The position numbers were made by a program, and so were the translations under genes. A DNA stretch of 63,165 nt, counting the filler. It is 5 parts of 5 records of this genome, joined end to end, with 100 filler letters (N's around TTAATTAATTAA, not from the genome) between each part and the next. Parts side by side here need not be neighbours in the genome. Positions count along the whole stretch, not along the records: positions 1 to 19,736 come from SRR33789315_23; positions 19,837 to 36,203 come from SRR33789315_28; 3 more parts are not named here. One strand, written 5' to 3'. The notes under the pieces were generated by a model. That model made no database searches and was not told where the DNA came from. It worked only from the letters and a program-made list of their open reading frames with translations. Below, piece after piece: positions 9,424 to 19,888 of the stretch; the first letter of the stretch is position 1; each line of letters opens with the position of its first letter.

Positions 9424-11211
9424 ATGGAATCGAATCATACTGCTATAAAAACCGGACTTATGCGTACTCATCATTGTGGTGAATTAAGAGCAAGTGATAT
9501 CGGAAAAGATGTCATCGTTGCTGGTTGGGTAAATAAGTCTAGAGATCTTGGCGGTCTTCATTTCATGGATCTTCGCGATAAGTTCGGTGTAACTCAGTTA
9601 GGTTTTGAGCAATTCAAAGGTGACCTTTCAATATTAAAAAAATGTTCTCTTGAGTCTGTTGTTTTGGCCAAAGGCAAAGTTGGTGCAAGGCCTGATAGTG
9701 CAAAAAATACAAAAATGGATACTGGTGAAGTCGAAGTTCAAGTTGAATCACTAGAGCTACTTTCTCAAAGTGATATTAATACCATTCCATTTCTGCCTTA
9801 TGGTTCAGTTGATGCCACTGAGGATTTAAGACTTAAGTATCGTTACCTTGATCTTAGAACTCAGCGATTGCAAGAGATTCTAAAACTGAGATCAAATGTT
9901 ACAACGAAAGTTAGGAACATTTTGGCGAATGAAGAGTTCATCGAAGTTGAAACTCCGATTCTATATAAATCAACACCAGAAGGTGCGCGAGATTATATCG
10001 TTCCATCTCGTGTTCACCCAGGTGAAGTTTACGCTCTACCTCAATCACCACAAACGCTTAAGCAGTTATTAATGATTGGAGGAACAGATAGATACTTTCA
10101 AATCTGTCGCTGCTTTAGAGATGAAGATTTACGAGCAGACCGTCAGCCAGAATTTAGCCAAATTGATATTGAAGTTAGTTTTGCCACACCAACTTATATT
10201 AAAAAATTAGTTGAAAAAATTATTTCAGGACTTTTTGACTTCCCAAGTGACTTTGTCATGAGAACAATGAGCTATGATGAAGCCATTCGTGACTGGGGAA
10301 GTGATAAGCCAGATGTTCGATTTGGATTAAAGCATTATGATGTCACTGATCTTTTTGCTGATAGTGAGTTTTCTGTATTTAAAACAGTCGCTGATGCAAA
10401 AGGTTTAATTAAAACTTTCTTTGTACCAAGTGAAAACGCGACTTTTTCAAGAAAAGACACAGATGGCTTTACTGATATTGTGAAGCCTCATGGTGGTAAA
10501 GGTGTCGCATTCTTAAAAACTGATGCTGAAGGTGGAATAAAAAAATTCGTCAGTGATGAATTAAAAGCAAAGCTTAAAAAGCGTTGTGAAGTTAGCGGTG
10601 AAGGAACATTCTTATTCTTTGCTGATCCAAATTCCGATGTTTCACATAGCTGTGCTGACGCTTTAAGACGTCATCTTGGTAAAAAACTTGGCTTAATTAA
10701 AGAAGGCTATGAGTTCCTGTGGGTTTATGACTTTCCTCTGCTAGAGTGGGACGGTGAGCTTAATCGCTTCTTTGCTAAGCACCACCCGTTCACTTCTCCA
10801 AAAACAGATAAGTTTGATACCTTCTTAAAAGGTGACACGGAAGAACTAAAAGCACTTAGTGCAGAAGCCTACGATGTTGTTTGTAATGGTTATGAGCTTG
10901 GTGGCGGATCGATTCGTATTTTTAGAAAAGATATTCAAGACAAAATGTTTGAGGTGTTAGGCTTCAGCCCTGAAGATGCTAAAAAACAATTTGGTTTCTT
11001 TGTTGAAGCGCTTAAGTATGGAGTTCCACCACACGGTGGATTAGCCTTCGGTCTTGATCGTATTGTTATGATGCTTGCTAAAACGGAATCAATTCGCGAT
11101 GTGATCGCCTTTCCAAAGACAACAGCAGCGAGTGATTTGATGGCACATGCACCTTCAGTACCTTCTGCTGATCAGTTGAAAGAATTGCATATGGAATTTA
11201 CAAAAAAATAA
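9424..11211 (+). CDS. aspS: Aspartate--tRNA ligase
   Basis: RTHHCGELR, LRLKYRYLDLR, CFRDEDLRADRQPEF, PPHGGLAFGLDR. Confidence 0.97.
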   Translation: MESNHTAIKTGLMRTHHCGELRASDIGKDVIVAGWVNKSRDLGGLHFMDLRDKFGVTQLGFEQFKGDLSILKKCSLESVVLAKGKVGARPDSAKNTKMDTGEVEVQVESLELLSQSDINTIPFLPYGSVDATEDLRLKYRYLDLRTQRLQEILKLRSNVTTKVRNILANEEFIEVETPILYKSTPEGARDYIVPSRVHPGEVYALPQSPQTLKQLLMIGGTDRYFQICRCFRDEDLRADRQPEFSQIDIEVSFATPTYIKKLVEKIISGLFDFPSDFVMRTMSYDEAIRDWGSDKPDVRFGLKHYDVTDLFADSEFSVFKTVADAKGLIKTFFVPSENATFSRKDTDGFTDIVKPHGGKGVAFLKTDAEGGIKKFVSDELKAKLKKRCEVSGEGTFLFFADPNSDVSHSCADALRRHLGKKLGLIKEGYEFLWVYDFPLLEWDGELNRFFAKHHPFTSPKTDKFDTFLKGDTEELKALSAEAYDVVCNGYELGGGSIRIFRKDIQDKMFEVLGFSPEDAKKQFGFFVEALKYGVPPHGGLAFGLDRIVMMLAKTESIRDVIAFPKTTAASDLMAHAPSVPSADQLKELHMEFTKK

Positions 11212-11219
11212 GGTGATCT

Positions 11220-11531
11220 ATGACTCAAAAACGTTATGAAACATTTAAAGAGTTCTATCCCTTCTATCTTTCAGAGCATTCCAATAAAGTGTGTCGTTTG
11301 ATGCATTTTATTGGAACGACTTTAGTTCTAGCTCTTCTAATCTATGGCGTGGCCACTGAGCAGTACAAGCTTCTTTGGTTTTTACCAGTTGCAGGGTATG
11401 GTTTCGCTTGGATTGGACATTTTGTCTTTGAAAAGAATAGACCAGCATCATTTAAGCAGCCATTTTTTAGCTTTATTGGTGATTGGGTTATGTATGCACA
11501 GATCTGGCTTGGAAAAGTTAAAATCTTCTAA
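11220..11531 (+). CDS. DUF962 / Mpo1-like membrane protein
   Basis: FYPFYLSEH, GYGFAWIGHFVFEKNRPASF. Confidence 0.88.
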   Translation: MTQKRYETFKEFYPFYLSEHSNKVCRLMHFIGTTLVLALLIYGVATEQYKLLWFLPVAGYGFAWIGHFVFEKNRPASFKQPFFSFIGDWVMYAQIWLGKVKIF

Positions 11532-12550
11532 GCCACGTCTTTTGACCTGACAGACCAAATAAAACCGTCATACCAAAAATGTAAGATGCGAATGCCGACG
11601 ACGATGGCAACGCCAACTTCCATCCATTCATCAACAATTGTGAATATTAAAAAAGTCGCCAGTAGAGTGATACTGATAAAGATTGTAAGTGAAGCCATTT
11701 TTGGAAGCTTGGAGAACAAGTGATGCTTTTCTTTGTGCCAAACAATCCAATAATATTGCATTGAGTGAAGTAGCGCCATCATTGTTACCGCCATTTCAAT
11801 CGGAAGAAAAATGAAAGCACTAAAAACACTTAGGGCCAAAGATGCATTAAACAACCATTTGTTCTTTGGTAGTGGAGTCGATTGTCTGGCTTGCTGAAGT
11901 TGTCTGAAGAATTTGTAAAAAATAATACTAAAGATCACAGCAAAAATAAAAATAAGGCTGTAAAACTGTGTTTCACCTGGGAATGCTTTTTCTATATAGC
12001 TCATTTCTCCCCAAGGTGTTCGTTGATCAAATAATCTCTCCATCTTCATTCTTCCGTTAAGAAAGAAGCCATAAGCAAATCTTGTCATAAAGAGGGCAGG
12101 GACTAAAAAAATACCAAGATGAATAATTTGATCACTCAATCGATGTCGTAGAGGATTTTTAGAGCTCAGCATTTCATAGATTCTGGCCAGTCCAAAATTT
12201 TGCATTGAGACATGCCATAGATCCCAAAGAGCAACAAAACAGGCGACATAAAAAAGAAATGGACTTGGAATCATGATTAATAAAACAATCAGCAGAGGAG
12301 ATAAAAGCATTCGCCTTTTAAATTTAGTATAAATATTGCGATTGCCATGACTACGCCAAAAAACTAAAAGTAAGTGGGAAAGATCTAGATAAATGATGAG
12401 AGATATTAAAGGCGCAAGCGCCATACTTATTTCATGGCTTTGAACAGTACTGAAAAAAAGTAAAAACAATATGATGGGTAACAATATGATAAAAAGATAA
12501 TCTTGGCCTTTACTAACAATAAAAGACTCATTGATAGAAAGTGATTTCAT
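11528..12550 (-). CDS. Polytopic membrane protein with conserved-looking His motifs, function unknown
   Basis: WHVSMQNFG, LHSMQY, LHFWYDGFIW; many TMs. Confidence 0.6.
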   Translation of the reverse strand: MKSLSINESFIVSKGQDYLFIILLPIILFLLFFSTVQSHEISMALAPLISLIIYLDLSHLLLVFWRSHGNRNIYTKFKRRMLLSPLLIVLLIMIPSPFLFYVACFVALWDLWHVSMQNFGLARIYEMLSSKNPLRHRLSDQIIHLGIFLVPALFMTRFAYGFFLNGRMKMERLFDQRTPWGEMSYIEKAFPGETQFYSLIFIFAVIFSIIFYKFFRQLQQARQSTPLPKNKWLFNASLALSVFSAFIFLPIEMAVTMMALLHSMQYYWIVWHKEKHHLFSKLPKMASLTIFISITLLATFLIFTIVDEWMEVGVAIVVGIRILHFWYDGFIWSVRSKDVA

Positions 12551-13347
12551 TTTAATTTCTTTTGTAAATAGTTAACACCCATTTCAATCGCCTTTGAAGA
12601 AAAAGCAAATGCAAATCCATGACCCCAAAATCCTATGTCATACCTTTCAACTGGTGTTTTATTAATCATCAATTTAGATTCAAAAGCTGTCGTTTGTGAA
12701 TGCTCGACTAAACGATCATTGAGAGCATGATAGAGAAAAAATGGTGGAGTATCTTTACTTAGATGATTCACAGGTGAAGCATCGATATAAGTTTGAAAAG
12801 CTTCATTACGATAGAAGCCCGTATAAGCGTTAACGTAAGGAGAGTGTGTATACCAAGTTAGATCATAGGGAGCACCGCCACTTACAACCGCTTGTACCTT
12901 TTTAGATCTTGTTAGAGCATAAAGACTCACAGTGTGACCACCAGAAGAATAGCCCCAAAGAGCAATCTGTTTTGTATCAAGTTTTAATTCGCTCGCGTGT
13001 TCTAGAAAGTATTGATGAGCAATTTCTAGATCATCAATTGGAGCAGGGTGCTTATTTTTTGGAGCAAGACGATAATTGATATTCATGACCACAAAGCCGT
13101 GACTTGCAAGAGATTTTGAAACCAGGTCCATATCTTCTTTTGATCTTGACTGCCATCCTCCACCATGAACAACTATGACGCCGGGAAATAGACCGTCTTC
13201 TTTGGGTATATAGATATCGGCTAAGGAACGATCGTCTTCGTAAATTGTCGGATTGTATTGAAGATTAAGCTTAGTATCATACTTGCTTGCTCCAATATAG
13301 CTTGCACATGATGTGAGTAATAACAGAGTAAATAATAATGATTTCAT
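12547..13347 (-). CDS. HSL-family esterase lipoprotein
   Basis: Lipobox LTSC, HGGGW, NYRLAP, GYSSGG; start trimmed to MKSLLF. Confidence 0.88.
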   Translation of the reverse strand: MKSLLFTLLLLTSCASYIGASKYDTKLNLQYNPTIYEDDRSLADIYIPKEDGLFPGVIVVHGGGWQSRSKEDMDLVSKSLASHGFVVMNINYRLAPKNKHPAPIDDLEIAHQYFLEHASELKLDTKQIALWGYSSGGHTVSLYALTRSKKVQAVVSGGAPYDLTWYTHSPYVNAYTGFYRNEAFQTYIDASPVNHLSKDTPPFFLYHALNDRLVEHSQTTAFESKLMINKTPVERYDIGFWGHGFAFAFSSKAIEMGVNYLQKKLK

Positions 13348-13431
13348 CTTAAAAGAGTAACACAAGCAAGGGCAAATTCTAGCTAGGAAGTTTTTAAGAA
13401 AATTAGACAAACGTCTATTATAATCATTGAG

Positions 13432-14109
13432 ATGAATCAAAAAATAAAAAAAATATTTGTATTAGATGACGATGACAAAACGAACATAGCCTTAGCCAAG
13501 ATTTTGCAAGGAGCTGGCTATATCGTCAAAATCTTCAATCAAATGAGTCAAATTCAAGCTGCATTAAAAACAGAAGTTCCAGATGCCTTTATTGTCGACC
13601 CACATTCTCAAGATGCTGGTAGTGTGGAGTTCTTAATTTTTAGACAAAATGATCAAGTCTTTAAAAAAATTCCACTTATTGGTTTTACTGAAAAAATTAG
13701 CCGCGAAGAAATTGTTAAAATGCTTTCTCTTGGTGTACATGATTATCTTATCAAGCCCCTCAATGCTAAGTTGATCCTTTCTATTTTAAAGAAGTACCTA
13801 GCAAGTGATGAACATAAGCAATATCTTTTTGAAGATGAAGAAGATGCCATTGGTTCAGTAGATCTTCAATTCACAAGAGTTTCAGAGACAAATATTGTGG
13901 CCGAATCTCCTGTTAAGTTAACTGATGATGAAGATGGATTGTATCGAATCGTATCTCGCGATCTTGAAGATCGTGGTGTCACCAATGCTGCTTTATCACT
14001 CACAAAAAATACAACCTTCGTTTCGCAAGAAGGGCTTTTTAGGGCCTATTTTCGTTGGCGCGGACTGAGTGAGTCTATTCTACAGCTTATACGTTCAGGG
14101 AGGTTTTAA
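13432..14109 (+). CDS. Response regulator (REC + uncharacterised C-terminal domain)
   Basis: VLDDDD, FIVD, YLIKP. Confidence 0.8.
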   Translation: MNQKIKKIFVLDDDDKTNIALAKILQGAGYIVKIFNQMSQIQAALKTEVPDAFIVDPHSQDAGSVEFLIFRQNDQVFKKIPLIGFTEKISREEIVKMLSLGVHDYLIKPLNAKLILSILKKYLASDEHKQYLFEDEEDAIGSVDLQFTRVSETNIVAESPVKLTDDEDGLYRIVSRDLEDRGVTNAALSLTKNTTFVSQEGLFRAYFRWRGLSESILQLIRSGRF

Positions 14110-14804
14110 TGGCACCTGTCAAGAAAACCATCTTTCATATAGACGATGATATTGAAATTCTTAATTTAGTTAAATCGGTTTTTGATAAAAGACTCAGTGT
14201 TAACTATCAAGGCTTTGAAACAGTTGAAGCCTTTTTACACGCTATTAAAAATAAACAGCCAGATCTTTGTATCATTGATCTCAATCTAACTGAGAGTTTA
14301 GGTGCAGGCTTTGCGGTAACAAAAGCTATTCGTAATAAGGCAGAAGGGAAGATGCCTATTATTGTGATGTCAAAACGAAGTCATGCTAAGGATATTTCTT
14401 TGGCCTTAGAGTTTGGCGCCAGTGACTTTTTAGCAAAGCCCGTAGATTTTGATCTTTTGATTGAAAAGGTGATGTATCTGCTTCGTGGGGCTGAAAGTAA
14501 TATGTTTCCCGTTCATAGAATCAAAAAGCCTGTGACTGGAACTCTAGAAGTTCATCTAAAACCCGTCATGCTTGATGAAGCCTATTTGTATGTTAAGTCA
14601 AAATTCTTCATATTAAAAAATACTACGATCAATATGCAGCATACTCTTTTATCAAAAATTTTTGGAGAGTCGAAAAAAGACTTTTTAGTGCATGACTGTC
14701 AGCTTGAAAGTCATGAAGGCCAATACATTTTAAAATTGATTCCTAAGAACCCGAAAGATGATTACTTCGATAAAATTCATCGTTATCTTTTAGAACAAAC
14801 CTAA
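14109..14804 (+). CDS. Response regulator (REC + uncharacterised C-terminal domain)
   Basis: HIDDD, IIDLNL, VMS, DFLAKP. Confidence 0.82.
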   Translation: MAPVKKTIFHIDDDIEILNLVKSVFDKRLSVNYQGFETVEAFLHAIKNKQPDLCIIDLNLTESLGAGFAVTKAIRNKAEGKMPIIVMSKRSHAKDISLALEFGASDFLAKPVDFDLLIEKVMYLLRGAESNMFPVHRIKKPVTGTLEVHLKPVMLDEAYLYVKSKFFILKNTTINMQHTLLSKIFGESKKDFLVHDCQLESHEGQYILKLIPKNPKDDYFDKIHRYLLEQT

Positions 14805-15349
14805 GCAGCTTCATCGAACAGATCAAATTGATCTTCGTCTTCAAGCACTGCTTGATCAATAAGATGTTGCTCAAAGAAATCTTCAAAAACAACTTCTGTA
14901 TTAGAAAAGAAATCCGGTAAGCCTTTTTGGTCTTTTCTTAGAAGCGGTAGAACAAAGAGAAACAATCCTGTTGCGTAACAAACAAGATATCCCAATGATC
15001 TTTTGGCCGATTCGCCAAGGCTAAGATGAAGATCGGGCTTGGTCGGTGAATAAACACGAAGACCAAAAATCATCTTACCTAAAGTCTTACCTTCAGACGT
15101 GTAATAACTAATAAAGAAATAGCTGAAAAAAACAGACATCAACACACTAACGTGAACGACTGGTAGACCATTCGCTACACTTTCTTGAACCTGATATCTA
15201 AGCTGGTAAAAGAAACTAGTGAAAAAGCTTTTATAAGTCAGCATGATTAATTTTGATGTCATGCCAATCATGAACATATCAAAAGTAAACGCGAAGACTC
15301 TGTGTTTTGATAGTAGCTTTAGATCTTGTGTTGGCTTTGCAATTTCCAT
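14801..15349 (-). CDS. RDD family membrane protein
   Basis: RVFAFTFD, GKTLGKMIFGLRV, LPD. Confidence 0.85.
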   Translation of the reverse strand: MEIAKPTQDLKLLSKHRVFAFTFDMFMIGMTSKLIMLTYKSFFTSFFYQLRYQVQESVANGLPVVHVSVLMSVFFSYFFISYYTSEGKTLGKMIFGLRVYSPTKPDLHLSLGESAKRSLGYLVCYATGLFLFVLPLLRKDQKGLPDFFSNTEVVFEDFFEQHLIDQAVLEDEDQFDLFDEAA

Positions 15350-15405
15350 ATAGATCTCATCGGTATAATGAGACCTATATTGAAATAAAAGTGTTTTACT
15401 CGGAT

Positions 15406-18054
15406 TTAACTGAGATTTCGGCTTTCATCCCACGTAGTTTTAAGCTCATGCAGCTTTTGAAGCGCTTCCAGTGGGGTCATTTGCATCACATCCACTTTCG
15501 ATAGCTGCTTTTCAAGACGCTTAAAGTGAACCGGAAGTTCAAACTCTTTAGTATCTTCTTCAAAGAAGCTAAGCTGGGTGTTTTGAATTTTTGGAGCTTG
15601 CTGTTCGTGGTTTTCAAGTCCGTGCAGAACTTCTTGGGCGCGAGCAAGTAGTGGTTTTGGAAGACCTGCTAGTTTAGCAACATATATACCAAAACTTTGA
15701 GAAGCGGCTTTTTCAACTAGTCGATAAAGAAATTGAACGTCACCATCCAAAGACTTTGTTTCTACTGTTAAGTTCTTTGCCGCTGATTTTCTCTCTTCAA
15801 TAAGCTCAATCAATTCGTGATAGTGAGTCGCAAATAAAGTGGTCGCTTTTGTTTCATCAATAAGCCATTCCACAAGGGCCCAGGCAATTGATAGTCCATC
15901 CCAAGTCGATGTACCTCGTCCAACTTCATCAAGTATGATGAGGGAGCGATCAGTAGCATGCCTTAGGATCTCAGCAGTTTCGGCCATTTCAACCATAAAC
16001 GTCGAGTGACCGCGAAGAATATCATCGCTGGCACCTAGTCTTGAAAATAAGAAGTCACAGACACCAAGGTTGGCGGCTTTGGCCGGAACAAAACATCCTA
16101 CCTGAGCTAACAATTGAACGATAGCCACTTCACGCATGACAGTTGTTTTACCGGCCATGTTAGGACCTGTGATCAGTCCAAAACTTCTCTCTTTTGTCAG
16201 AGTTAGATCATGACAAACAAAAGCATCTTTAAGTGTTGCTTTAATCAGAGGATGCCAAGCTCCTTGCAGCTCAACACCACGGTGAGCTTCTTTAACGTTT
16301 GGCTTGGCAAAGTCTTCTTGCCACGAAACAAAAGCAAACGAGGTAAAGGCATCAAGCATTCCAAGTTCAGTTGAAAGTGAGCCAAGTCCTTCATTAAGAC
16401 TTTTAATCTCTTCGATGAGTGCATTAAAGATTTCACGTTCAACTTTCTCAAGACGGATCTTCGCTTGCATCATGTCTTTTTCAAGCGCACTTAATTCATC
16501 TGTAATATAGCGCTCGGTATTGACCAAGGTTTGTCTGCGCTCAAATGTCTTAGGCATTTTATCTGAAAGACTTTTTGGAATTTCTACAAAGTAGCCAAAG
16601 ATATTATTGCTTTTAACTCGAAGTTTTTGAAAGCCCGTGTCTTGTTGGTAGCGCTCTTCAAGTTTTTGAAGTTCTTCTTTAGCGCCACCTGCAAGTTTGG
16701 CCAGTTTATCTCTATTTTTATTAGAACCTGGACGGATCAGGTTACCCTTATCAAGTGCAGCTCCGATTTCATCATTGATGGTATTTCTAATAACTTCTTT
16801 TAAAGCTTCCAATTTTTTTAATAAAGTTTCGCTTAATGGACTTAAGCAATCGATCGGAGCTTTAACTAAAAATAATTCAATCGCCTGATAAACTTCAATG
16901 CTTGAAGCAATATTGAGAAGATCGCCACCAGTGGCTTTACCAGTCGAAATCTTGGCCATGATACGTTCAAGGTCACGAACCTTAGCGAGCTCTTCTCTCG
17001 TATCTTCAAGAGTTGTAATATCACTGATTAAATATTCAATGAAATTTTGGCGCGCTAGAATTTGTTTTTCATCAGTTAGTGGAGAAACCATCAAACGCTT
17101 AATCATACGATTACCAAGCGAGCTTTGACAGCGATCCATAAAACCAAGTAAGGATTCTTTATAATGGTCACGAGACTTAGGTAAAATCTCAAGACCTGTT
17201 AAAGTAGGAAGCGTAACTTGCATACTGCCACTATCATCACTTAGACGAAGGGGGCGAATATGAGTGAAGTTTTCAATTTGTTGAGTGGTACCTACATAAT
17301 AAGCAAGAGCTCCAACAGGACCTAGAACATCAACATGTTTTTTTAGCGTTTGATCGCGATTATAAGTTGGAACAATTTTAGTAAGCCAAGGCTTAGTCAC
17401 TTCACGGCTAAAATAATCACTGCTTAAATGTGTTTTTAAAATCCCTTCATGTTCACAAAGACGATTTATCTCAGGCAGATCATCCCACTGGCCCATAAAA
17501 GTAATAAGCTCGCGCGGGGAGTGAAGGCGAAGTTTTTCAATAAATGTTGAATCGTCTTTACAAGCTTCAGCGACAAAGTCACCAGTCGTAAAGTCGAGTA
17601 GCACAAGCCATAAACAATCTTTCGATCTTGCAGCACAGGCCATAAATTTTTGATCTTTATCGGCACGCTCTAAATCATAGGGAAGGCTAGGCGAGACAAC
17701 TTGAGTAACCGCGCGCTTAACGATACCAACAGCATCTTTTGGATCTTGAATTTGTTCTGCAATTGCAATTCGCAGACCTTGTCCTGTAAGACGATCAACG
17801 TAAGCAGGTGCGGCGTGATGTGGAATACCGGCCATTGGTATTTCAATGTCGCCAACTTTTCCACGATGGGTAAGTGTAATATTTAATCGTTTAGAAACTT
17901 CGACGGCATCTTCAAAAAAGACTTCGTAAAAATCGCCCATGCGAAATAAAACGATGATGCCTGGATATTGAGATTTGATTTCAAAATACTGTTCCATCAT
18001 AGGAGTCAGTTTAACGTCAGCATTGATGACGTCAGTCGTTGTCGCGTAGCTCAA
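15406..18054 (-). CDS. mutS: DNA mismatch repair protein MutS
   Basis: TPMMEQY, FRMGDFYE, TGPNMAGKT, STFMVEM, DEVGRGTST. Confidence 0.97.
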   Translation of the reverse strand: MSYATTTDVINADVKLTPMMEQYFEIKSQYPGIIVLFRMGDFYEVFFEDAVEVSKRLNITLTHRGKVGDIEIPMAGIPHHAAPAYVDRLTGQGLRIAIAEQIQDPKDAVGIVKRAVTQVVSPSLPYDLERADKDQKFMACAARSKDCLWLVLLDFTTGDFVAEACKDDSTFIEKLRLHSPRELITFMGQWDDLPEINRLCEHEGILKTHLSSDYFSREVTKPWLTKIVPTYNRDQTLKKHVDVLGPVGALAYYVGTTQQIENFTHIRPLRLSDDSGSMQVTLPTLTGLEILPKSRDHYKESLLGFMDRCQSSLGNRMIKRLMVSPLTDEKQILARQNFIEYLISDITTLEDTREELAKVRDLERIMAKISTGKATGGDLLNIASSIEVYQAIELFLVKAPIDCLSPLSETLLKKLEALKEVIRNTINDEIGAALDKGNLIRPGSNKNRDKLAKLAGGAKEELQKLEERYQQDTGFQKLRVKSNNIFGYFVEIPKSLSDKMPKTFERRQTLVNTERYITDELSALEKDMMQAKIRLEKVEREIFNALIEEIKSLNEGLGSLSTELGMLDAFTSFAFVSWQEDFAKPNVKEAHRGVELQGAWHPLIKATLKDAFVCHDLTLTKERSFGLITGPNMAGKTTVMREVAIVQLLAQVGCFVPAKAANLGVCDFLFSRLGASDDILRGHSTFMVEMAETAEILRHATDRSLIILDEVGRGTSTWDGLSIAWALVEWLIDETKATTLFATHYHELIELIEERKSAAKNLTVETKSLDGDVQFLYRLVEKAASQSFGIYVAKLAGLPKPLLARAQEVLHGLENHEQQAPKIQNTQLSFFEEDTKEFELPVHFKRLEKQLSKVDVMQMTPLEALQKLHELKTTWDESRNLS

Positions 18055-18179
18055 AACCGTCTCCCTAGATTAAGTGTGTGTCTTAAGTGTGTATCCGAGC
18101 GGTATGCTCAAAAATACCATGAGGCAAAGAGGGTCAGCAAGCCTCAATTGTCCCCATTTTGTTGTATAATAAGGCACTT

Positions 18180-19169
18180 ATGGGTGGTTTTAAGCGCACA
18201 GATCTCTTTCTTCTCTTATTCGTTGCAACCTGTCTGGGGCTGGTTACTTTTTCATGGACCGGCAACTGGGATAGTGATGAATTTAATACGGACAGTCCGC
18301 TGGCCCAGGCTCCAGATAGTGGCTACACCAGCTTCTTTCAAAAAGCGCTTTATTTTAAAATTGTTAAAAATGCACCGTCTATTCATATGGAAGCGAGTCA
18401 GCTGAGTCTTAATTCGCGTAGCAAATGGATTTATTTTTTAGATCCAAGTGGGCGAGCTTTCTCCAATGATGGAACGCCAATTGATTATACTGCGCTCAAG
18501 GGAAGTCTTGATCAAAGCGGTGGTCGCTTAGCGCTTGAAGAAGATGTTCAAGTCATCTCAAGAGATTCAACCATTTCATCTCAGCGAATGAGTTATGTGA
18601 TTGCACAGGATTTACTGACTAGTACTGGAAATGTGAAAGCGAAGTCACTCAATAAAGAAAATGGTGATCTGGTTTGGATCAATAGCGATCAATTGGTGGC
18701 CAATCCAAAACGTCGTGAGGCGGTTTATAGCGGAAATGTGCAAGGTCGGATTCAGAGATCTCGCGTCTATGAGGAAGGAATCTCGTTTGCTTCCGATCGT
18801 GTGGCGCTTGATTTGAACCAACAACATGTCGAACTTCAGGGCGAAGTCTCTATGAAAAAACAGCAACTTACAGCTCAAGCCCGTAGGGGGGAGATATTCC
18901 TCGAGAATTATAACAAAAAGCTCAAGTATTTCGTCCTTTATGACGATGTGAAGCTTAGAGAAAAGGTATCAGCAAAAGGTGAGCGCTTGGAGCGCAAGGC
19001 CTTCGCTGAAAAATTAGAAGGCATAATGAGTGAGGATAGAATTATCCTCACCGGCTTTCCTAAAGTGCTCCAACGTGGAGATATCATTAAAGGAAACCGC
19101 ATTACGCTTAGAGAGAATAACGAGGTGGTGGAAGTGGAAGACGCTAACACCAACTTTAAACTACGCTAG
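18180..19169 (+). CDS. LptC-like TM-anchored protein with additional LptA/OstA-like beta-jellyroll repeats
   Basis: N-terminal TM, repeated jellyroll patterns (GNVK, GNVQG, GEVSM, ILTGFPKVLQ), directly upstream of lptB. Confidence 0.7.
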   Translation: MGGFKRTDLFLLLFVATCLGLVTFSWTGNWDSDEFNTDSPLAQAPDSGYTSFFQKALYFKIVKNAPSIHMEASQLSLNSRSKWIYFLDPSGRAFSNDGTPIDYTALKGSLDQSGGRLALEEDVQVISRDSTISSQRMSYVIAQDLLTSTGNVKAKSLNKENGDLVWINSDQLVANPKRREAVYSGNVQGRIQRSRVYEEGISFASDRVALDLNQQHVELQGEVSMKKQQLTAQARRGEIFLENYNKKLKYFVLYDDVKLREKVSAKGERLERKAFAEKLEGIMSEDRIILTGFPKVLQRGDIIKGNRITLRENNEVVEVEDANTNFKLR

Positions 19170-19184
19170 TAGAAAAAGGATTGA

Positions 19185-19736
19185 ATGCAACCAACTGTGC
19201 TTGAAGCTCAACATTTAAAAAAATCTTATGGCGGAAGAACCGTTGTGAAAGATGTTTCATTGAATGTGAGTCAAGGTGAAGTTGTTGGATTGTTAGGTCC
19301 TAACGGTGCGGGAAAAACCACGTCGTTTTATATGATCGTTGGTCTTGTGAAAGCCGATGAAGGATCAATCACCATGGATACGGATGTGCTGACTCAGCTT
19401 CCGATTCATGAGCGAGCTATTAGAGGAGTGGGATATCTTCCTCAAGAAGCTTCGGTGTTTAGAGATTTAAGTGTGGAAGAAAATATCTTCGCCGTACTGG
19501 AAAATAGAAGATTACCAGTAGAGAAGAAAAAAAGTTTGCTAGATGCTTTGATTAGCGATTTTGGTTTAGATCATATTCGCAAATCGCAAGGTGGAGCTTT
19601 GTCAGGTGGTGAAAGACGACGTGTTGAAATCGCTCGTTGCTTAGCCCTTGAGCCAAAATTTGTTTTACTGGATGAGCCATTTGCTGGGGTTGACCCAATT
19701 GCAGTCGGTGATATCCAAGAAATTATAGCTGGTTTG
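19185..19736 (+). CDS. lptB: LPS export ABC ATPase (3'-truncated by contig end)
   Basis: [40 protein letters not shown]. Confidence 0.95.
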
Positions 19737-19836
19737 NNNNNNNNNNNNNNNNNNNNNNNNNNNNNNNNNNNNNNNNNNNNTTAATTAATTAANNNNNNNN
19801 NNNNNNNNNNNNNNNNNNNNNNNNNNNNNNNNNNNN
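19737..19836. other. Artificial contig linker
   Basis: 44 N + TTAATTAATTAA + 44 N; identical at four places. Confidence 0.98.
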
Positions 19837-19846
19837 CTATTGTATT

Positions 19847-19872
19847 TGGTGGAGCTGGCGGGATTTGAACCC
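19847..19872 (-). other. ssrA: att core: duplicated 3' end of tmRNA (fragment, not a full gene)
   Basis: Reverse complement reads GGGTTCAAATCCCGCCAGCTCCACCA, the gammaproteobacterial tmRNA T-arm/acceptor end; similarity stops at 19872. Confidence 0.85.
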
Positions 19873-19888
19873 AATTACAGCCCTTTAA

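Noticed and set aside
17968-18405. 145-aa ORF spanning mutS/lptC starts, and other short antisense track ORFs
   Set aside because: Overlap well-supported genes in other frames and show no motifs
19781-19792. TTAATTAATTAA palindrome repeated four times
   Set aside because: Always embedded in identical N runs; six-frame stop linker, not biology
19847-19872. Full tRNA or tmRNA gene
   Set aside because: Only the 26-nt 3' end is present; it is an att duplication
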